Below are positions 6,944-16,616 of a stretch of DNA of 25,834 bases, in pieces (the first letter of the stretch is position 1; every line of letters starts with the position of its first letter). The position numbers and the translations under genes were made by a program. The DNA comes from a virus. Lineage: Duplodnaviria > Caudoviricetes. The notes beneath the pieces are model-generated. The model did no database searches and was not told the origin of the DNA. It worked only from the letters and a program-made list of their open reading frames with translations. Location of the stretch: positions 1-25,834 of the IMG/VR virus record IMGVR_UViG_3300030372_005327. One strand, written 5' to 3'.

Positions 6944-9345
6944 TGCGAACAGTACAAGTTTACATAGAAGGACAACGCTTAGACTTATTTGATGACGAAT
7001 CAATAAACGTTACAAGTACGCAACAAAACGTGCAAGACATTAGCAAAGTATTTACGGACTTTAGCCAATCGTTTAGTGTTCCTGCTTCGCCAATCAACAA
7101 CGAAATCTTCCATCACTTTTATGAAAACGACATAGGAGACTTTAACGATGTAAACACGTTATTTGATTTTAACATACGCAGAAACGCAAACATAGAAATA
7201 GACTTTACACCTTTCAGAACAGGTAAGATAAGTCTTGAAAAAGCAGAAGTAAAAAACAACAAAGCGTATAGTTATCAAATTACTTTCTATGGTGACGTTA
7301 TTAGTCTAAAAGATAAGTTTAGTAATGACAAACTAATAGACATAAAACTAAACACTACAGAATTTACATATAATGCAAGTGAAGTAAAAACACGAATTAT
7401 TAACGGTGCAGTAGATTACGACATACGTTTTCCATTAGTATTTAGTAGAGATGTAACATACGGTGACGGTGGTTCTAATGACCTAACTACAGATGCAGGT
7501 GCAGTAAAATACAACGAACTTTTTCCTGCTTTAAAAGTAGAAACAATTTTTGCAGGTATGCAAACTAAGTACGGTGTGACTTTTAACGGTACATTTTTAA
7601 GCACACAACAATTTAAGAAAGCGTATTTGTTTTGTCAGAATGCAAATGAATTTGTTTTTAAAAGCAAAGCACAACCTTTAGACTTTACTACAGGTGCTTT
7701 AGGAGGCAACAACTATAACAATGCTTTAGGTTTTGCAGACTACTTTGACTTGACTACTGACGTCTTAAACTACACGCACCAACCTGTAGAAACAGTTTTC
7801 CCAAGTTTACCAAGTGGATATTCTGTTGTAGACTATCGCAATAGAGTAGGCGCAAGTGTGTTTACTACGTCTTCAGACACATACTACTTAGACGTTTTTT
7901 CTAATGGTCAGTTAGTACAAACAATAGAAGGTACAGGCAACGCAAGTTATGAAATAGCAGACGACAACGGGTTTAACAACACGTTAAATAGAGTTTACAA
8001 TTTTAATGTAAGAGGTAGTGCAGCTATGACTATTAATATATCTATAAGCTATCAACAAGAAGCAAATATTTTTAATGGTTCAAATACTATAACTATTCAA
8101 AATTTGTTTTATGCAAGAACTACGCCTTTTAGCTTATTAAGTATTTTTGGTGTTACAAGTTACTTGCCGGATATGACGGTAGAAGCTTTTTTTAAAGGCA
8201 TTTTACAAATGTTTAACTTGACTTGCTACGGCACAGACACAGACGTTTATCAAATAGAACCATTAAGCGAATGGTATGCAAAAGGTGCAGTAGTAGACAT
8301 AACAAAATACACGGACATAGAAAGCATCAATATTGATCGTGTAAAGCTATACCAAAACATAGAGTTTAAATACTTAGAAAGCGAAAGTGCTACAAACACA
8401 ATATTTAGAAATCTTACAAGTAGAGGTTATGGTAATACAAGCGTAAGTTTTGACTACGATGGTGGTGACTTTAAAGTAGAATTGCCTTTTGAAAATATAA
8501 TGATGCAAAAGTTTTTAGGAACTACTTTGCAGATAGGCGAAACATTAAACGAAGACGGTAATGCGTACACGCCTAAACCTGTAGTAATGTACCAATATAC
8601 AAACCAAACAACTTCGTTTAGATTTACAGACAATACTACACCCGAAACACTAACGTCTTATGCTCCTTTTGGTCAAGACTTGTTAAACACAAATGTAAAC
8701 TACACACTAAACTTTAACGCAGACATAAGCACCTTGTTAGATGCTATTGTACCAAATACTTTGTTTAGTGTTTACTACCAACCGTATTTAAGCAATCTTT
8801 ACAATTTAAAGAATAGAGAAACAAGCGTAAAAACGAATCTACCTATAAGCTTACTTACAAGTCTAAAACTAAACGACAGACTTATAATAAGAGACAAACG
8901 CTATATGATAAACGATATGAAGTCTAACTTGACTACAGGTGAAGTAGACTTTGTTTTGTTAAACGACTTTAGTGATGTAATTAGTCAAGGTGGAGGCGAG
9001 CCTATAGAACCTTTACAACCAAGTTTAGGTGCACAATGTTTAGACGTTAGAATACTATTCCCAAACGGTGCAGTAAGTGCTACGATAGCAACAACAGATG
9101 CAGGTGTAACTATAACGCCTAGCACGTTGACAACAGACGGCACAGTAGAAGTGTGTATTCCGGCAAACACAGACACGCTTCAATTGATCGTAAGCGAAGA
9201 CGATGCAGACAACATAAACACGGAAGACTTTATACGTCTAAGAACTGAAGAAGGTAATGTAGCTATCTACACTTTGACAGTTACATACACTTACGCAGAT
9301 GGAACAACAGTAGCAAATCAAATATTTATACAACAACAACCGTAA
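6943..9345 (+). CDS. large tail tip/hub protein
   Basis: 800 aa; N-terminal LDLF..E.I...FSQSFSVPAS..NN.IF; beta-rich; adjacent to tape measure. Confidence 0.6.
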   Translation: MRTVQVYIEGQRLDLFDDESINVTSTQQNVQDISKVFTDFSQSFSVPASPINNEIFHHFYENDIGDFNDVNTLFDFNIRRNANIEIDFTPFRTGKISLEKAEVKNNKAYSYQITFYGDVISLKDKFSNDKLIDIKLNTTEFTYNASEVKTRIINGAVDYDIRFPLVFSRDVTYGDGGSNDLTTDAGAVKYNELFPALKVETIFAGMQTKYGVTFNGTFLSTQQFKKAYLFCQNANEFVFKSKAQPLDFTTGALGGNNYNNALGFADYFDLTTDVLNYTHQPVETVFPSLPSGYSVVDYRNRVGASVFTTSSDTYYLDVFSNGQLVQTIEGTGNASYEIADDNGFNNTLNRVYNFNVRGSAAMTINISISYQQEANIFNGSNTITIQNLFYARTTPFSLLSIFGVTSYLPDMTVEAFFKGILQMFNLTCYGTDTDVYQIEPLSEWYAKGAVVDITKYTDIESINIDRVKLYQNIEFKYLESESATNTIFRNLTSRGYGNTSVSFDYDGGDFKVELPFENIMMQKFLGTTLQIGETLNEDGNAYTPKPVVMYQYTNQTTSFRFTDNTTPETLTSYAPFGQDLLNTNVNYTLNFNADISTLLDAIVPNTLFSVYYQPYLSNLYNLKNRETSVKTNLPISLLTSLKLNDRLIIRDKRYMINDMKSNLTTGEVDFVLLNDFSDVISQGGGEPIEPLQPSLGAQCLDVRILFPNGAVSATIATTDAGVTITPSTLTTDGTVEVCIPANTDTLQLIVSEDDADNINTEDFIRLRTEEGNVAIYTLTVTYTYADGTTVANQIFIQQQP

Positions 9346-9524
9346 TGCTAAAACACATAATAGACTTACTACAAATAGATGACTTCTTAGAAGAAAGCTA
9401 CAACATACAAGTAGCTAAAGGTTTATACGCTATGCCTAAAGGATTAAAGGAAACATACAAGCAGAAGAAACGTGAACAAGTGTTAAAAAAAAGACTTAAA
9501 CAATGGCAGAAAAACGAACTATAA
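9345..9524 (+). CDS. small hypothetical protein (59 aa, not in ORF track)
   Basis: MLKHIIDLLQIDDF...IQVAKGLY...WQKNEL*; TAATG coupling; overlaps tape measure start. Confidence 0.7.
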   Translation: MLKHIIDLLQIDDFLEESYNIQVAKGLYAMPKGLKETYKQKKREQVLKKRLKQWQKNEL

Positions 9525-11407
9525 ACATAGACATAAACAATAACGCAGAAGAAGCAGCCAAAGACTTCCAAGACTTTGCAAAAGCAACAAAAACTGCAAA
9601 TGATTCTGTAGAAGGTCTAAATAAAACATTTGAAGAAGTTTACGGTGAACTACAACCGTTGACTACAAGAATGGGTGAGGCAGAAGACAGACTTTACGAA
9701 CTTGCTTTAGCAGGTGACACGACAAGCCGAGAATACCAAGAACTTCTAACAAAAGTCGGTCAATATAGAAAGGTACAAATCCAAACAGATATTGCAGTTG
9801 ATGCGGCAGCCACAACATTAAGCCAAAAACTTGGAGGCGCATTGACAGGAGCGACAAGCGGTTTTGCTGCAATACAAGGTGCAATTGGATTAGTCAGCAC
9901 GGAATCTGAAGAATTGAACGCTGTATTATTGCGTGTTCAGAGTGCATTGGCTTTGTCACAAGGAGTGCAAGGTGTAAAAGATGCAATACCCGCATTTCAG
10001 CAATTAGGGCAAGTTGCCGTCAAAGCTTTGACAAGCATAAGAAACGCTATAGGTGCATTGGGTGTTGGTGCATTAGTGTTTGGTATAACATTTCTTGTCA
10101 CAAAATTTGATGAGATTAAAGAGATATTAGGCATAAACAATAAAAGTCTTGAAGAACAACTTGAAATTGAAAAGAAAATTTCAGAAGAAAAGCAAAAGCA
10201 AAAGTCTGAGATGGAGCAAACCATTAAAAACAACAACAACCATATAAAGAGACGTATTGAAATTAGAAAACTTGAAGAAGATATAAAAGACCTTTCTATT
10301 GATCAAGAAAAAAATCAAGATGAAATTTTTGAAAAGCAAAAGAAAATTTTGGACTTAAAAGAACTTCAGCTTGGAGTTGAACTTAATAGTTTAGAAGGTT
10401 TATTGTCTAAAGAAGAAAAGGTAAACAAAGAAATTGAACTTGCAGTAATTGGTAGAGAAAAACGAAGATTAATTGCTCAAAGAGAATTTGACCTTGCTCA
10501 ACAAGCAGAAAAGAAAAGACAAGAGGCAGCAGCAAAAAAAGAAACTGACGAAAAAGCAGAAATTGCAAGACAAAAAGAACTTGCAGAATTAGAAAGACAA
10601 CGTTTAGAAAACCTAGAAAATCTTAAAAATCAATTACTAGACGAAATTGCCGAAGTTGAAGAAGAAAACTTTGAAAGAACTTTAACTGAGCAAGAAATTG
10701 AGGTGCGAGCTGTTGAAGAAAAGTATTTTAGACTTATTGAACTTGCAAAGCAAAATGGATTAGATACCAATGAATTAGAGATTGGTAGGTTAAATGAACT
10801 TAATGACATAAGGTTAAAATTTGGCGAACAAGCTCAACAGCAACAAGATGCTTTAGACGCCAAAGCTTTAGAAAATGAGCAAAAGGTAGCAGATGCAAAA
10901 AGGTCTATTCAAGATGCACAACTTAACAATGCAGCGGCAGCCATAGGTTTACTTAAAGACTTAGCAGGTGAAAACAACAAAATACAGGCACTTGCAATAG
11001 CAGCAGAAAACGCAGTAGGTATTGCAAAAATAGTTATAAGCACACAAGCAGCAAACGCAGCAGCTAAATTAAAATACGCAGCAATTCCCGGTGGTTTGGC
11101 TTTAGCAGCAGCAGAAATAACGGCAAACAAAATAAGTGCAGGTATTGGTATAGCAGCTTCAGTAGCAGCAGCAGCAAAAGGTATTGCAAGTTTGAAATCA
11201 AGTGCGCCTTTAGATAGTGGTGGCGACTTAGGTGGTGGTGGTGCAGGTAGTGAACCACAAGCACCACAATTTAACGTGGTGGGTGATAGCGGCGTAAATC
11301 AATTAGCACAATTACAACAACAACCGACACAAGCGTTTGTAGTTAGTGGCGAAGTTACAACGGCACAAGCTTTAGATAGAAACCGTGTACAAAATGCAAC
11401 ACTTTAA
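9503..11407 (+). CDS. tail tape measure protein
   Basis: 634 aa; Ala/Gly-rich hydrophobic helices flanking a long E/K/Q coiled coil. Confidence 0.8.
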   Translation: MAEKRTINIDINNNAEEAAKDFQDFAKATKTANDSVEGLNKTFEEVYGELQPLTTRMGEAEDRLYELALAGDTTSREYQELLTKVGQYRKVQIQTDIAVDAAATTLSQKLGGALTGATSGFAAIQGAIGLVSTESEELNAVLLRVQSALALSQGVQGVKDAIPAFQQLGQVAVKALTSIRNAIGALGVGALVFGITFLVTKFDEIKEILGINNKSLEEQLEIEKKISEEKQKQKSEMEQTIKNNNNHIKRRIEIRKLEEDIKDLSIDQEKNQDEIFEKQKKILDLKELQLGVELNSLEGLLSKEEKVNKEIELAVIGREKRRLIAQREFDLAQQAEKKRQEAAAKKETDEKAEIARQKELAELERQRLENLENLKNQLLDEIAEVEEENFERTLTEQEIEVRAVEEKYFRLIELAKQNGLDTNELEIGRLNELNDIRLKFGEQAQQQQDALDAKALENEQKVADAKRSIQDAQLNNAAAAIGLLKDLAGENNKIQALAIAAENAVGIAKIVISTQAANAAAKLKYAAIPGGLALAAAEITANKISAGIGIAASVAAAAKGIASLKSSAPLDSGGDLGGGGAGSEPQAPQFNVVGDSGVNQLAQLQQQPTQAFVVSGEVTTAQALDRNRVQNATL

Positions 11408-11428
11408 CAATTTAAAAGTTATTATAAT
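11399..11428 (+). promoter_or_regulatory. putative late promoter 2
   Basis: ACA 11399, GTTATTA 11418, ATG 11429. Confidence 0.75.
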
Positions 11429-12583
11429 ATGAACAAAGAATCAAGAGCGTTTAAAATCGTAGAACTTGTAATAGATGAAAACGATGACCAAGCAGGTATC
11501 GATGCAATTTCAGTAGTTTCAGAACCGGCAATCCAAGAAAACTTTGTAGCACTAAAGAAACAAGAAGTTTTGCTTAAAGAAGTAGATAGCGAAAAAAGAA
11601 TTTTGATGGGTGCTGCCTTAGTGCCGAATCGTCAAATTTACAGACGGTCAGACAAGACCAACCAAGAATACTATATATTTTTTTCAGAAGAGACAGTTAG
11701 GAAAGCTTCAGAACTATTCTTTAAAAAATCTAATCACCAAAAAGCAACCTTAGAACATAGTGAAAAAGTTGACGGCACAACAATAGTTGAAAGTTGGATA
11801 GTAGAAAACAGTAAAACAGACAAGTCTGCACTTTACGGTATGGATATGCCTGTAGGTACTTGGATGGTTTCTATGAAAATAGACAACGAGGATATATACA
11901 AGAAAGCCGTTAACAAAGAGATACGCGGTTTTAGCATAGAAGGATATTTTGCAGATAAGTACGACTTAAACACGGAATCTTTAAAAGACTTAGAAGAAAG
12001 GTTTACAATAGAAGAACTTAAAGAACTTCTAAGCCAAGAAAAACTAGCATCTTATAATGACTATCCGGAAAGTGTAAGCAACAACGCAAAACGTGGACGT
12101 GAACTAAATAAAGCAGTAGGTAATAAGTGCGCGACACGCATAGGAAAATTAAGAAGTAAGCAATTAATGGACAAAGAAAAGTTGTCGGTGTCTGTGATTA
12201 AACGCTTGTATTCTTATTTAAGTAGAGCAGAAGTTTACTATGATCAAGGAGACAAAGAAAGTTGCGGATATATTTCGTATTTACTTTGGGGTGGTAAGTC
12301 TGCGAAGACTTGGGCAGAATCAAAGCTTAAACAAATAGAACGTGAAGACTTAGCAAGTATGGTAGTAGACGACAACTATGCAATCATAGACGATAGACTA
12401 GCGTATTCTTCTAAAGACATGGCAGAAAAAGCAGCAAAAGACGTAGGTGTTGAAGGCATACACGAACACGAATACGAAGGTAAAACGTGGTACATGGTAG
12501 GCGAAACACACACAGTAGATATGTACGGTAAATGTCCTAAAGGGTATGTAAAGAAAAACGGTAAATGTGTTAAAAAAAAATAA
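11429..12583 (+). CDS. prohead protease (XkdF-like) with C-terminal accessory domains
   Basis: AISVV..PAI, G.ALVPN..IYR, TLEH, ESWIV, PVGTW, GFSIEG; followed by a helical ...LLWGG... domain, a His-rich HEH..WYM..H element and a CPKGY...KC tail. Confidence 0.8.
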   Translation: MNKESRAFKIVELVIDENDDQAGIDAISVVSEPAIQENFVALKKQEVLLKEVDSEKRILMGAALVPNRQIYRRSDKTNQEYYIFFSEETVRKASELFFKKSNHQKATLEHSEKVDGTTIVESWIVENSKTDKSALYGMDMPVGTWMVSMKIDNEDIYKKAVNKEIRGFSIEGYFADKYDLNTESLKDLEERFTIEELKELLSQEKLASYNDYPESVSNNAKRGRELNKAVGNKCATRIGKLRSKQLMDKEKLSVSVIKRLYSYLSRAEVYYDQGDKESCGYISYLLWGGKSAKTWAESKLKQIEREDLASMVVDDNYAIIDDRLAYSSKDMAEKAAKDVGVEGIHEHEYEGKTWYMVGETHTVDMYGKCPKGYVKKNGKCVKKK

Positions 12584-12584
12584 A

Positions 12585-12989
12585 ATGAATTTAAGAGAAC
12601 AAATAGAAAAAGAAATTACTGAAAAAGTAATGACAAAATTAGCTTCTGAAAGAGTTGAACTTGGTACAATAGACAGCCTAAATAAAAATTTAAAAAAGGC
12701 AATTGACACACTAAAACTTTCAAAATTTGAAGTAGATGAAGGTAAAAGTCGTATTCAAGAAAAAAAGAATATTGCTAACTATATTAATACAACCGAACCT
12801 AAACTAAAAACCATAAATAAATTTGTAGTTGATTTGGGTAGTAGTGAATTGGTAGTGTCTAAAATGGTTAAAGATTTAGGACTGTCTGAAGGACAAATAC
12901 CTGAATTAAAACAAGCCAAGCAATTGAGGCAAGATTTAAAAAATAGAGAAGATGAGTTGCGTTCTATTGTAAAACAATTAAAGTCATAA
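12585..12989 (+). CDS. small helical head-region protein A (start probably 12585)
   Basis: KVMTKLASERVELG...KDLGL...IP; similar to 13182-13517. Confidence 0.7.
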   Translation: MNLREQIEKEITEKVMTKLASERVELGTIDSLNKNLKKAIDTLKLSKFEVDEGKSRIQEKKNIANYINTTEPKLKTINKFVVDLGSSELVVSKMVKDLGLSEGQIPELKQAKQLRQDLKNREDELRSIVKQLKS

Positions 12990-12998
12990 ACACGAACT

Positions 12999-13139
12999 AT
13001 GCGTAAAAAGAAGGTAAAAGAAACACAAGGTAAAGCCACAGGTAAAGGAGGCAAAAGAGGTTGTTTATGCAAAGACAACACATACTCCTCAAAGTGTTGT
13101 GATGGCACACTTAGAGCGCAAGGCATAGGCAAGATATAA
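12999..13139 (+). CDS. small basic Cys-rich protein (46 aa, not in ORF track)
   Basis: MRKKKVKETQGKATGKGGKRGCLCKDNTYSSKCCDGTLRAQGIGKI*. Confidence 0.75.
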   Translation: MRKKKVKETQGKATGKGGKRGCLCKDNTYSSKCCDGTLRAQGIGKI

Positions 13140-13151
13140 AACGAAAATGCA

Positions 13152-13181
13152 ACAAACAATTTAAAATAAAGTTATTATAGT
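13152..13181 (+). promoter_or_regulatory. putative late promoter 3
   Basis: ACA 13152, GTTATTA 13171, ATG 13182. Confidence 0.75.
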
Positions 13182-13517
13182 ATGAATCCACAAATGAACA
13201 AAGTATTTAGCAAACTTGCTAAAGAAGACAAGAAGACAGAATTAAAGTCTGAAAAAGTTGAACTTGCAATTATTGATGTTTTAGAACAGTTTGAGTATGA
13301 GTTAAGTGCATCGTCAAAATCTATTAAGGAACTATTGTCAAAAGTAGAAAAAGAAAAAAGTCGAATAGAAAAAGTTTTAGTAACGGCAAAAAAAAGACAA
13401 GCAGACGCTGAAAAAAAAATTAAAGAACTTGGTTTAAACCCAAAAGATTTACCTGTAAATTCTAAATTATCTAAAACTATTAATGACACAGAAAATATTT
13501 TGAAATCGGTAAAATAA
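13182..13517 (+). CDS. small helical head-region protein B
   Basis: KVFSKLAK...ELKSEKVELA...KELGLNPKDLP; paralog-like to 12585-12989. Confidence 0.75.
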   Translation: MNPQMNKVFSKLAKEDKKTELKSEKVELAIIDVLEQFEYELSASSKSIKELLSKVEKEKSRIEKVLVTAKKRQADAEKKIKELGLNPKDLPVNSKLSKTINDTENILKSVK

Positions 13518-13541
13518 CAAAAACACGAATAAATAAACAAA

Positions 13542-14207
13542 ATGAAAGATAATTCAATTTTAAACAAAGTAAGAGAACTTCTTGGAATGGAAGTTAAACT
13601 AGCTGAAAGGATGCTAGAAGACGGACAAACAAAAATCGAAGCAGAAGAATTTGCAGAAGGTTTTCAAGTTGCTATCGTAACAGAAGACGAACAAAAAATA
13701 CCTATGCCTGTAGGCGAATACAAACTTGACGGTGATGATGGCGAAATGCTAGTTATCAAAGAAGAAGGTATTATAGCAGAAATGAAAAAAGAAGCAGAAG
13801 AAGAAGAAGAGGTAGAAACGAAAGAAGAAGAAAAAGAAGAAGTAGAAGCAACTTCTGAAGAAACAAAACCTGTTAAGAAAACTGTTGAGTCTATCGTAAA
13901 AGAAACTTTCTTTAGTGAAATTGAAGCTTTGAAAAAAGAGAACGAAGAACTTAAAGCAGAAGTAGAGCATCTTTCTAAGATCAACAACAAAGAAGAATTT
14001 TCAAAAGACGAAACTACAGAAGAAGTTACTTCGGAAGAAACTACAGAAGTAGTAGAAGAAACAGTAGAACTTTCAAACGAAGAACCTGCTGCTAAACCTA
14101 TTACACACAACCCGGAAAACGAAGAGAAAATAGAACTTCACCAATTCTCTAAAAATAGAGCGAAAACTACTATGGATAGAGTAATGGAGAAACTAAGTAA
14201 AAAATAA
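13542..14207 (+). CDS. putative capsid scaffolding protein
   Basis: Very Glu-rich, coiled coil, short basic C-terminal helix; immediately upstream of major capsid. Confidence 0.65.
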   Translation: MKDNSILNKVRELLGMEVKLAERMLEDGQTKIEAEEFAEGFQVAIVTEDEQKIPMPVGEYKLDGDDGEMLVIKEEGIIAEMKKEAEEEEEVETKEEEKEEVEATSEETKPVKKTVESIVKETFFSEIEALKKENEELKAEVEHLSKINNKEEFSKDETTEEVTSEETTEVVEETVELSNEEPAAKPITHNPENEEKIELHQFSKNRAKTTMDRVMEKLSKK

Positions 14208-14233
14208 ACAAATAAATTAATAAATAAATAATT

Positions 14234-15154
14234 ATGGCAAACCCCGTAACGACAGGAACAAGCTATGCAGGTGAATTCGCCTCAAAGTACATTTCTGCAG
14301 CACTTTTAAGTGCACAAACTTTAGAAAGCGGTTTAATTACCGTGATGCCGAACGTAAAGTACAAGTCTGTACTACAAGTAGCATCTTACAACGACATCGT
14401 GAAAGACGCAACGTGCGACTTTTCAGCAGATGGAACTTTAACTTTAACTGAAAAAATTATTCAGCCGGAAGAATTCCAAGTAAACGTACAACTTTGTAAA
14501 AAAGATTTACACGCAACTTGGCAAGCTGCTGAGATGGGCTTTTCTGCTTTTGATTCTTTACCTGCTTCTTTCGAAGACTATGTAATTGGATATACTGCAG
14601 CAAAAGTAGCTTCACAGATTGAATCTAACATTTGGAGCGGTCAAACAGGAAACGCAGGAGAATTTGACGGATTCTACTACTTAGCAACTGCAGGTGGTAG
14701 TGGATGTATTGCCGTAACAGGTACAACAGTAACCGCTGCTAACGTAATTGACGAAATGGGTAAAGTAGTTGATGCAATTCCTAGTGGTGTTTATGGTAAG
14801 GATGACTTACACATATATGTCGCTCCCGGAGTCGCAAGAAATTATATCCGTGCACTCGGAGGTTTCTCTTCTATTGGTGCTAACGGTGTTGACAACAAAG
14901 GTACAACTTGGTTTAACAACGGAAACTTGAGTTTCGATGGTATTCCTGTAGTTGTAGCACAAGGTCTACCTGCAAATTCAATGATGGCAGCACAGAAGTC
15001 TAACTTGTTCTTTGGCACAGGTCTATTGAATGATACAAATGAAGTCCAAGTTATTGACATGTCGTTGATAGGAGAACAGAACGTGCGCGTAGTCATGAGA
15101 TTTACGGCAGCCGTACAGATGGGAATTAATTCAGACGTAGTAATTTACGCTTAA
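14234..15154 (+). CDS. major capsid protein
   Basis: 306 aa, follows scaffold; ...E..IWSG.....FDG... pattern compatible with the HK97 fold; followed by a strong terminator. Confidence 0.75.
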   Translation: MANPVTTGTSYAGEFASKYISAALLSAQTLESGLITVMPNVKYKSVLQVASYNDIVKDATCDFSADGTLTLTEKIIQPEEFQVNVQLCKKDLHATWQAAEMGFSAFDSLPASFEDYVIGYTAAKVASQIESNIWSGQTGNAGEFDGFYYLATAGGSGCIAVTGTTVTAANVIDEMGKVVDAIPSGVYGKDDLHIYVAPGVARNYIRALGGFSSIGANGVDNKGTTWFNNGNLSFDGIPVVVAQGLPANSMMAAQKSNLFFGTGLLNDTNEVQVIDMSLIGEQNVRVVMRFTAAVQMGINSDVVIYA

Positions 15155-15174
15155 TACTAACCACGAACTATATT

Positions 15175-15207
15175 AAAGCAGGAGGTAAAATGCCTTCTGC
15201 TTTTTTT
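15175..15207 (+). terminator. intrinsic terminator after capsid gene
   Basis: AAAGCAGGAGG-taaaatg-CCTTCTGCTTT followed by T run. Confidence 0.85.
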
Positions 15208-15226
15208 GTTCATAAAACTAAAAAAA

Positions 15227-15817
15227 ATGTCTTGTGATATTAGCAACGGTAGAATTGAACAATGCAAGGACTCAGTGTCCGGGCTTAAGGCAATCTACAT
15301 AATCAACTACGATAAATTAAATTCAGATTCAGCGGTATACCTTACTTCTCCTGCAGGTAGTGAAGACGTCATAGACACTTGGGTGCCTGTTGACACTACA
15401 ACACAACTTCATTTATACAAATACGAATTGAAGTCAACTGCGAATAGTTTCAATACCCAAATTAACACATCGCGCGATAATGGTACGACCTTTTTTACTC
15501 AAACTTTGGTAATTAATCTAAAGAGACAAGATGCTGCTACTACTAAAAACGTAAAGCTTCTTGCTTACGGTAGACCTAGAATCGTTATTAGAACGATGAC
15601 AGACCAATTCTTTTTAATGGGACTTGATCAAGGTGCAGATATGAATGCGGGTACTATAGCATCCGGGAGTAGCCTTGATTCGTTTAATGGCTATGAGGGT
15701 TTAACCTTTGAAGCGCAAGAAGAACTTCCTGCGAATTTCTTAGATTGTAATACTGAAGCAACACTAGCAGCGGTATTCAATAATGGTACTGACGATGCAG
15801 AAATTATAACTTCTTAA
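15227..15817 (+). CDS. putative major tail tube protein (start probably ATG 15227)
   Basis: MSCDISNGR..CKDSVSG, NGTTFFTQTL, beta-rich, 196 aa; between two terminators as expected for a high-copy structural gene. Confidence 0.6.
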   Translation: MSCDISNGRIEQCKDSVSGLKAIYIINYDKLNSDSAVYLTSPAGSEDVIDTWVPVDTTTQLHLYKYELKSTANSFNTQINTSRDNGTTFFTQTLVINLKRQDAATTKNVKLLAYGRPRIVIRTMTDQFFLMGLDQGADMNAGTIASGSSLDSFNGYEGLTFEAQEELPANFLDCNTEATLAAVFNNGTDDAEIITS

Positions 15818-15844
15818 GTTTTTTTGTTTTCATAGTGTAGATTT

Positions 15845-15872
15845 AGCACCTTTCGGGGTGCTTTTTCTTTTT
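15845..15872 (+). terminator. intrinsic terminator
   Basis: AGCACCT-ttcg-GGGTGCT followed by T-rich tract. Confidence 0.85.
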
Positions 15873-15873
15873 A

Positions 15874-16569
15874 CTAACGTTCTATGTCTTTAATGTACTT
15901 TAGAAACTTCTCTTCTTTTGTTTTGCTATATCTACCTTTCATTAAATTTTCGTGGTTACTTACTAACTGTAAATTCTTATAATGATTGTTTAATATGTTT
16001 CCGTCTATATGGTCTACAACTAATTTATGTCCACACATTTTATGATTTAAATATTCCTGCGCTACTATTTGATGTACGCGATAAACTTTACCGTTCATAT
16101 TAAATCTAAGATAACCGTAATAATTTTCTATTACATAAGCATCATATATTTCCCAATTCAATTTTTTATTTTTATTCTTTGCAGGTATTTTTTTTATGTC
16201 ACCGTATTCATTAATGTAAAAATTTTCGTTTTGTTTTATTTGTTTATAACCTTTTTCAACTAACTGTAAAATTGCTTGTTGTTTGAATTTATCGTAAGCG
16301 TTTTGAATTTTATTTTTTCTATTTTGTTTAATTTTTTTAGACAAACCATTAGTTTTATATTTTTGTCTACGTTGTAATTCTTTTTGTATATAAGACTTAG
16401 AATTAATGTCTTTTTTTATGCAACATTTACATTTTGACCTATACCCACACTTAAGATTATTGTCTATGCCATAATTTTCTAAAGTTTTTATTTTACCACA
16501 TTTACTACAGACCTTCAATCCTTGAGTAATTAAAACTTTATTGTAAAATATTCTATCTTTTTGTCTCAT
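15874..16569 (-). CDS. free-standing HNH homing endonuclease with N-terminal Cys4 zinc finger
   Basis: CSKC...CKCC, RVHQIVA, VVDHIDGNILNNHYKNLQ..S..EN; only credible minus-strand gene; very AT-rich. Confidence 0.9.
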   Translation of the reverse strand: MRQKDRIFYNKVLITQGLKVCSKCGKIKTLENYGIDNNLKCGYRSKCKCCIKKDINSKSYIQKELQRRQKYKTNGLSKKIKQNRKNKIQNAYDKFKQQAILQLVEKGYKQIKQNENFYINEYGDIKKIPAKNKNKKLNWEIYDAYVIENYYGYLRFNMNGKVYRVHQIVAQEYLNHKMCGHKLVVDHIDGNILNNHYKNLQLVSNHENLMKGRYSKTKEEKFLKYIKDIER

Positions 16570-16584
16570 AATTATAATTTAAAA

Positions 16585-16616
16585 CAAATGTAAGAAAATC
16601 GTTTGCAAAGCACAAA
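16585..16616 (-). promoter_or_regulatory. Bacteroidota sigma70-type promoter for the HNH gene
   Basis: Minus strand TTTG (16616-16613), 20-nt spacer, TACATTTG (16592-16585). Confidence 0.7.

Noticed and set aside
13780-14070. GAA-rich low-complexity repeats
   Set aside because: Explained by Glu-rich scaffold coding sequence
15181-15186. GGAGGT resembling a Shine-Dalgarno site
   Set aside because: It is the 5' arm of the terminator stem and 40 nt from the likely ATG; other genes lack SD motifs
15584-15598. GTTATTA followed by ATG inside the tail tube gene
   Set aside because: Spacing to ATG is 12 rather than 11 and there is no ACA at the conserved upstream position
15918-16263. Two + strand ORFs inside the HNH gene
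   Set aside because: Shadows of the motif-bearing minus-strand gene, downstream of a terminator
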